DNA of 64,000 nt from positions 20,088,001 to 20,152,000 of the forward strand of contig CM059427.1 in NCBI GenBank assembly GCA_030390025.1. Direction: 5' to 3'. The translations under genes were made by a program, and so were the position numbers. The notes under the pieces were generated by a model. That model was not told where the DNA came from. It worked only from the letters and a program-made list of their open reading frames with translations, and did not search any database. Below, piece after piece: positions 53,401 to 62,400 of this stretch (within the stretch, counting starts at the first letter, position 1; each line of letters opens with the position of its first letter). The DNA is from Squalus acanthias (taxonomy: Eukaryota).

Positions 53401-56400
53401 GCATTGAGGCCCAGACATTCTTTGTAGGGCCAGGAGGAGCTCTCATGCTCCTCCTGGTCCCATTGTAGAAAGATGTTTAATTTGTCTTGAAGACCACGCT
53501 ATCTTCCCGACAACTTTACCTGGCGTGCAGCCGTGGCAGGCATCCCGCTCAGAAGGACATTAACGTGTCTTTTCCATCCCATGTGCATCATGGACCCCAA
53601 TTTTCATTTATTGGTGAGGTTCCTGCTGTTGTCCAATGGACATCTCAATCGCCGCCAAAACCAGTTGTGTTAAAATGGGGAATAGGCGGGAACAGAGTGA
53701 GAATTGGAGATGCTCCATTTTAACTGCTCCCTCTCTTCTTTCCTGCTGGTTGGGGAGATTTAAAGTTCCCCGTTTAATTCTTTCTAAATGCTAGAGTCAT
53801 GTGCAACTAGGCAAAATTATTAATGTTGAGGGCTGATAATGTCATTGAAAATTGTAGATATGTATAAAAAAAAATGAAGAGTATTTATTGGAGTATTTTA
53901 CTAATCTGCATTAAATAATAGCTGTAGGAGAAAACATCTGTGTGTTGGTTTGTCTCCCATGATTAGTTATCACACCTTAAAATAAGAATCACGTAAATAT
54001 TTTTTCATGTCAATGGTTATTGTTGGGAGTCACTGTGCAAAACCTGAATTTAGTGGCCTGTGATTTGTAAACCATGTTAATGTGTTTACTCTTTAGAACC
54101 TCCCACATTTACGAAGAAGCTTGAACCAGTTGAGGTAGTAAAAACCAGTGATTTCACTCTTGAATGTGAGGTGGCCGGTTCAGGTCCCTTTGAAGTTATG
54201 TGGTATAAGGACAATAAACAAATTCGACACAGTAAAAAATACAAAATGATCTCTGACATTTCTTTAGCCAGTCTTTGCGTTCTAAAGTCTGATAGCACAG
54301 ATGTTGGCGAATACAAGTGTTCAGTCAAAAATGATGTGGGGAGTTGTTCCTGCAGTTCTACAGTCAGTTTGAAAGGTCAGTTACAATCCAGTTCTAGTAA
54401 GTGGTTTCACCTGGATGTTGTGTGGTATCTGTTTCGATATCATGTTCTTATTAGGTATTATTGAAGTGTTGAAGCATAATATTTTTAATAATTGAACGTT
54501 GGTTGTATAATTGTAAATTATAACAGGGTATATTCTCTTTACTTTAAACTAGAACGACCAACCTTCGTACAAACAATAGAAAATGCAACAGTATTTTCTG
54601 GAAATTCTGCTGTATTTCAATGTCTTGTAAGAGGCTCAGTTCCTATAGCTACAAGCTGGAAAAAAGATGGCAAACATGTCAAAGAAGACGATAATGTAAA
54701 AATCTCCTTTGAAAACAATATTGCCACATTACAGATTATTAAGGCTGAAGAAAATCACAGTGGAAATTACATATGTCAGGCAAAGAATGATGCGGGAACT
54801 GCAAAATGCTTTGCTACATTGGCCATAATGGGTTAGTAGGAAGTAATAAGCACAAGTATTGTCCACAAATTATTGATCTATGTCTCATAATATTTACTTT
54901 TCCACAGTAAAATTATTTTAATGTTTTTAAATTAATTCTGTGATCATCAAGGTGAGGAATGTTATAATTGGCAGTGGGAACATTTTCCATGTCGAGCTGC
55001 CATTGTCAGGAACAAACAGTCAGTGTGCCACAGTTAAATGCAGGATATAGCTCCCTGTACTCTACCCCCAAAATATGCCTCTGGCAAATCCTCAGAAGAG
55101 CATTTCCTCTGTATCTGTGTGACATTTTTTCAATTTCCCCCAACATCTATTTTGTGAGGTCCCTGAATTAGATTGTTAACTTAATGCCCAGTTAGGGACG
55201 GTTTAGTGCCATTGGGAGCTGGATTGAGACTGCCCAAACTCATTTCACACGGAACACTTACAACAAGCATGCAGAAGAGACTTTGATTGCAGCAGTCTTG
55301 ACTGGATTTGAACTCAAGTCCATGAAGTATCAAACCCATTGTGCAGTCTGTTTCCCCCCAAATCTATTATCTTAAAATAGCAATCCGAGCATAAATATTG
55401 CATCGTTTTCCTGATGTAAATGATCTAATTTTTCCCACAGAACCTGCGAATATCATAGAAAAAACTGAGCCACTCACAGTGACTTCAGGAAACCCAGCCA
55501 TTTTGGAATGTACTGTAGCTGGTACACCAGAATTAAAAGTTGCATGGTTCAAAAGTGGAAACCAACTGGAATCAAGTAGAAAATATAAGATGAGTTTTGT
55601 GAATAAAGTGGCCAGTCTAAAAATTCTGGCTGTTGGAATGGATGACAGTGGTGACTATACTTTTAAGGTCCAGAATGAGTTTGGAGCCAACAGCTGCAAT
55701 GTTTCTTTGACAGTGTTAGGTCAGTGATTAATTTGTGTTGATGGCATCGATTTCATAAAGCATTTCTTTTAAAACCAAAGCTTATCACAAAGTTTAAAAT
55801 AATTGACACTTTTTTATTGATGTTTTGTGATTTTTTTCCCTTTATATTGGACAGAACAAATAATTGCTCCATTGTTTACAAGAAAACTAAAGGAAATGGG
55901 CAGTATTTTAGGATCTGTTGTACGAATGGAATGCAAAGTTTCTGGTTCTATTCCAATGACCGTTACTTGGTATAAAGCAGACAGTGAAATATCAGCTAGT
56001 AACAAATACAAGATGTCATTTCAAGACAACATGCTGTCTTTAGAGGTCAATGAGTTAGACTTTTCAGATGGTGGAATTTACACTTGCAAAGCAGCAAATT
56101 CAGCAGGAAAGGATGAATGCAGTGCTGTCTTAAGTGTAAAAGGTTTGAGACATTGCTTTGCTACATTTCTTTCTCATCAGTACTATAAGCAAATACTTAT
56201 TTTCTTCATTTATATTTTTTGTTTGCTACAATAGTGAAGTAACTAAATAAACCTTTCAACCATCTCTATCTTCTTTTTGTTAAGAGTTCTTAGATTTTTG
56301 AAGGATATGTTAGCATGTGTTAATCATAAAGTTGTCTTTAATCTGATCATGTCTTCCAGTTTGTACATACATCTGAGTTAATTAAATGCTTTTTTCTTGT

Positions 56401-59400
56401 GTGAATTTTAGAGCCCCCAAGCTTTACAGACAAAGTAATGTCCCAGGATGTTGTACTTGGTTCTACAGTGCAGTTTAAGAGTGTTGTGAAAGGAAGCACA
56501 CCACTCTCTACAAAATGGTTCAAAGGGGACAGGGAATTGATGCGTGGTGTGGCATATTCTATTTGGAATGAAGGCTCAACATATTTTCTAGAGCTGTTTT
56601 CAGCTAAAACATCTGATGCGGGTGCTTACACCTGCCAAGTCAGCAACGATGTTGGCACAGATGCCTGTTCTGCAGAATTGTTCGTTAAAGGTGTGCATTT
56701 CTGGATTTTTGCTGCAGTTCTCTTTTATATAAAACTGTTTTCCCTGCTTTGCTATCTTAAAAGTTTAGAAACATTAACTTGTTTTCTTGATGGTTGGTCA
56801 GCTCTAGTGGTAGAACGTTACACTGCCAACCATGGAGAGGGGCCAATGGTGGTCATCAGGCATTCAAATCTGGGCTGACAGTCAGACGCAATGTTGTTTA
56901 TTCGGAAACTCTACAGTTTTGCTATGAACTGCTAGGTGGAGCATCAGGTAATGGTGGGGAATTCTCTCTCAGTTCGAGGAAAACTGGCAAACCCAAGAGT
57001 CCTCACTGAAATTGATTTGCATCATCTAATCATAAAATGGCAGTGATGGCAACTTTGAGGACGTTCACAGTCTGGAATGCCCTACCGCCAATATTGAGGG
57101 AAGAACCATTTTGGTGGAGGCGGCAACCTGATGAAAACCATATGAAAAAAGAAATGCTGTTTGCTTTACCATACACAGAGCTCAGTTTGAGTATTAAACT
57201 ATGTTTTTTTTAAATTTGTAAATTTGGTCTGTAAATGTTTCGTAGCCAATTATTTATATCTAAATATTAGTTTGAATTGCTTTTGATGATCGTTTAAATT
57301 TATATTGAAATTTATAATATTTTGGCTTCTAGAACCTCCTAGCTTCATTAAAAAGCTACATTCTTCAACAATACTAAAGAAAGGAGATTCAGCACGTTTT
57401 GAGTGCACTGTAACTGGCACACCTGAAATTAAAGTTACTTGGTACAAAAACGGTCATGAAATTATAGCCAGTGGCAGATGTATGATGTCATTTGATGGTT
57501 CTGTGGCAATTCTTGAGATGATTGATGTTATTCTGGATGACAGTACATGCTACATCTGTGAGGCACGAAATGAAGCTGGCAGTGACAGCTGCAGCACTGA
57601 AGTTGGAGTTAAAGGTCTGTAGTAATGTCTTCTTTAGTCAGTAACAATATATATATGTTAGTTTCTTGAACAGGGATACTATTAGTTCCTGTATTGTGGT
57701 TGATTTGGATTTCTTTATTCTGATTACTTTATAGAACCTCCCAGTTTTAGAAGGAAACTTCAATCTGCTGAAATAGTTACAACCAGTGATTTCACTCTTG
57801 AATGTGAGGTGGCTGGTACAGGGCCCTTTGAAGTTATGTGGTATAAGGACAATAAACAAATTCGACGCAGCAAAAAATACAAAATGATCTCTGACATTTC
57901 TTTAGCCAGTCTTTGCGTTCTAAAGTCTGATAGCACAGATGTTGGCGAATACAAGTGTTCAGTAAAAAATGAAGTGGGGAGTTGTTCCTGCAGTTCTACA
58001 GTCGGTTTGAAAGGTCAGTTGTAGTATGTTGTCAGATATATTTTCCTTCCGGTGTTTATAGTGCCATTTGAGTTATCTTGTTATCCATTAGAAAATTCAA
58101 TGCTAAGCTATTTGTGGAAGCATTCTACATTTTACATTAAAGCATTTTTAGAACCATAATGAAAAACAGCAAAATATATCCACATATTCATATTACCATT
58201 TGTTTTAAACTAGAACCCCCAGGATTTATAAAGAAGATTGAAAATATAACAACATTGTCAGGGAATTCTATTGTATTCCAATGTCAAGTAAGAGGCTCAA
58301 AGCCTATTTATGTAACTTGGATGAAAGATAAAGATGATATCCAAGAAGATGGTAATATTACACTGTCTTTTGAGAATAATATTGCTACTCTTCAAATAAA
58401 TGATGTTGGAGAAAATCATGCTGGGAAATATACGTGCCAGGTCAAGAATGATGCTGGAACTGAGAAGTGTTTTGGCACATTGTTGGTCGCAGGTCAGTAG
58501 GATATTGATTAGTTTAATAGTACCCTCCCCTCCAAAGTTTATGCTAATTACGAGTGAATTCAGATTCCTTGTCATACATCAACTAAAATGAGACTTATAC
58601 CAGTAATATATTGAAGAGATTTTTTTTTCCTCGTAGAACCAGCAAAAATCACAGAACAAGCACAGTCACTCATTGTGACCGCAGGAAATCCCGCAAACCT
58701 GGAATGTACTGTAACTGGTACACCAGAACTGAAAGTTAAATGTTTTAAGGATGGTAATGAAATGGTACCTAGCAGAAAACACAAAATCAACTTTGAGAAT
58801 AATGTGTTCAGCCTAAAGATTCCTTCTGTTTCTAATGATGATACTGCTGAATATACTTTTGAGGTCAAGAATCAGTTTGGAACCAGCAGCTGTAAAGCTT
58901 CATTGACAGTATTAGGTTAGTGTTTTATTTGCATTTAGAATTTGACGAATTTAAATATCTAGTGTCATTTGAAAAAAAAATTTGCCCATAAAGAAATCCT
59001 GATCACATTGACCAAAACCATATATAAAGGCTTTTATTGTTATAATGTTCTTTATGGAGACCAGTAACGATGGGAGTAGACAGATCAGCTGTGTTGGGAG
59101 TTTTAAAATAAGTTCTGTTTTGGATGGTCTCAGTAGGTATATCCTAATAAATATGAAAAATCTTATTGTAAACAATCACAGTGGATTTGATTCATTTAAA
59201 GCACTTCCACATTTTTGCTGTTTGAGTTGATTGGCTGTGCTTTTGTCACTTTATCTTGGACAGATCAACTAATTCCCCCATTGTTTACAAGAAAATTACG
59301 AAAAATGGACAGTGTTTTAGGATCTTTCATACATATGGAATGCAAAGTTTCTGGTTCTCTTCCAATGAGCTTTTCATGGTATAAAGATTACAAAATAATA

Positions 59401-62400
59401 ACAACTAGTGAAAAATACAAAGTGTTATGTCAAGATAACACACCAACTTTGGAAGTTAATCAACTAGAGATTTCAGATCATGGAACTTATATTTGCAAAG
59501 CAACCAATTCAGTGGGAAGTGATGAATGCAGTGGTATCTTAAATATAACAGGTTTGAAAGATGAACTTGCTTTGTTTCAGTTCCTAATATAGCTTTTGCA
59601 TATATAAGCACTTGTTCAATTTCTGATTTTTGCTTGTTGCCCTAAAAAGATAAATATATTTAGTGTTTAAAATTTATTATGCAGTTTATAGTAAGTTCTC
59701 ATTTTAGCTCTGCTCTGCCATTTTATTTTTGTTGACATTTTACCCAATGTAAACTAAGTACTATAGGGATCCAATTCTATTATTTTTTTCACCTGAATTT
59801 TAGAGCCACCAAGTTTTATAGAAAAACCTGTAGCCCAGGAAAGTCTACCTGGTTCCGCAGTGCAGTTTAGAAGTGTTGTGAAAGGAACTGCTCCACTATC
59901 TATAAAATGGCTGAAGGATGGCAGGGAACTGATGTCTGGAGCTGATTGTTTCATTTTAAATGAAGGTTCAACAAGTTTACTCGAGTTGTTTTCAGCTAAA
60001 GTTTCTGATTTGGGTGACTATACTTGTGAAGTCAGCAACAAGGTTGGAAGCGCCACTTGTACAACAAGACTATTTATCAAAGGTGTGGAATTTAGGTTCA
60101 CTTGTTAAACCATTGTGAAACACTGTTAAAAAATTCAGACTTTTTCATTTTGAAAAGTTTACATGTCTGTAAAGTTATTTTTCTTTGGTTTGTTATACAC
60201 TTTTCTCTCGTTTGTTATTTTTAATGTTGCTATCGTGCTGTGTGTTATCTTCCTTTATATGTTGCATGTGTTTCATTGTTCCTTTTTATGTTGTATGGGT
60301 TTGTTTCAGACTTTTACATTTATAATTAAGTTTACTACATTTTTTTCTCTAGAACCTCCTTATTTTATTAAGAAGTTAGATCTTACAGCAATATTTAAAA
60401 AAGGAGAGACAGCAAGTTTTGAGTGCAAAGTAACTGGCACACCTGAAATCAAAATCACTTGGTTCAGCAACTATCGTGAAATTAGAGCCAGTGAAAAATA
60501 CAGAATGTCATTTGTTGATTCAGTGGCAATATTTGAGATTGCTGACATAAGCCTGGATGACAGTGGGAATTATTCCTGTAAAGCACAAAATGAAGCTGGC
60601 AGTGAATCTTGTGACATTAAAGTAACAGTTAAAGGTGTGTAAAAATTCCTAGTTACATTTTACAACATAAGTTAACTGGTCTTTCTAAAAATGTTGCAAG
60701 TGCCTTGTGTTTAATTATGGACTATTTGGGAGCCTATTTTAAGTTTAACATCACTTTAACAGCCTGTTTTTATAGCTAGTTTTTCATTGGCCAATAAAAA
60801 TTATCATTCAATTGCCACTAGCTCCTTAGTTCAAACTGATGAATGAAATGTAATGTAAACATTTTACTAGAACATTTTAAATTCGACTCCAAAGGACCGA
60901 TTTTAATTACCAGTGGGAAGCTGGCAGATGCAGACCGTGCAGGTGTCTTCATCGGAGGCTCCGGCAGATTTGAACTGCTAGGCCTCATTTGAATGCCAGC
61001 GTTCAGCTGCTCACCCGTTTTGAGTAGAATGTGGCAGCTGGCTAGTGGGGGAAGGTGAATATATCTGCCCTGTAGCACCAGGAAATGGCAGAAAGTGGCA
61101 ACAAGGTAAGTCTGGGAGTGGGACTTTCCAAGGGTCTCACTGCTGCTTAGGGGAGAAGCCCAGGGCATTGAGGCCCAGACATTCTATGTAGGGCCAGGAG
61201 GAGCTCTCATGCTCCTCCTGGTCCCATTGTAGAAAGATGTTTAATTTGTCTTGAAGACCACGCTATCTTCCCGACAACTTTACCTGGCGTGCAGCCGTGG
61301 CAGGCATCCCGCTCAGAAGGACATTAACGTGTCTTTTCCATCCCATGTGCATCATGGACCCCAATTTTCATTTATTGGTGAGGTTCCTGCTGTTGTCCAA
61401 TGGACATCTCAATCGCCGCCAAAACCAGTTGTGTTAAAATGGGGAATAAGCGGGAACAGAGTGAGAATTGGAGATGCTCCATTTTAACTGCTCCCTCTCT
61501 TCTTTCCTGCTGGTTGGGGAGATTTAAAGTTCCCCGTTTAATTCTTTCTAAATGCTAGAGTCATGTGCAACTAGGCAAAATTATTAATGTTGAGGGCTGA
61601 TAATGTCATTGAAAATTGTAGATATGTATAAAAAAAATGAAGAGTATTTATTGGAGTATTTTACTAATCTGCATTAAATAATAGCTGTAGCAGAAAACAT
61701 CTGTGTGTTGGTTTGTCTCCCATGATTAGTTATCACACCTTAAAATAAGAATCACGTAAATATTTTTTCATGTCAATGCTTATTGTTGGGAGTCACTGTG
61801 CAAAACCTGAATTTAGTGGCCTGTGATTTGTAAACCATGTTAATGTGTTTACTCTTTAGAACCTCCCACATTTACGAAGAAGCTTGAACCAGTTGAGGTA
61901 GTAAAAACCAGTGATTTCACTCTTGAATGTGAGGTGGCCGGTTCAGGTCCCTTTGAAGTTATGTGGTATAAGGACAATAAACAAATTCGACACAGTAAAA
62001 AATACAAAATGATCTCTGACATTTCTTTAGCCAGTCTTTGCGTTCTAAAGTCTGATAGCACAGATGTTGGTGAATACAAGTGTTCAGTCAAAAATGATGT
62101 GGGGAGTTGTTCCTGCAGTTCTACAGTCAGTTTGAAAGGTCAGTTACAATCCAGTTCTAGTAAGTGGTTTCACCTGGATGTTGTGTGGTATCTGTTTCGA
62201 TATCATGTTCTTATTAGGTATTATTGAAGTGTTGAAGCATAATATTTTTAATAATTGAACATTGGTTGTATAATTGTAAATTATAACAGGGTATATTCTC
62301 TTTACTTTAAACTAGAACGACCAACCTTCGTACAAACAATAGAAAATGCAACAGTATTTTCTGGAAATTCTGCTGTATTTCAATGTCTTGTAAGAGGCTC

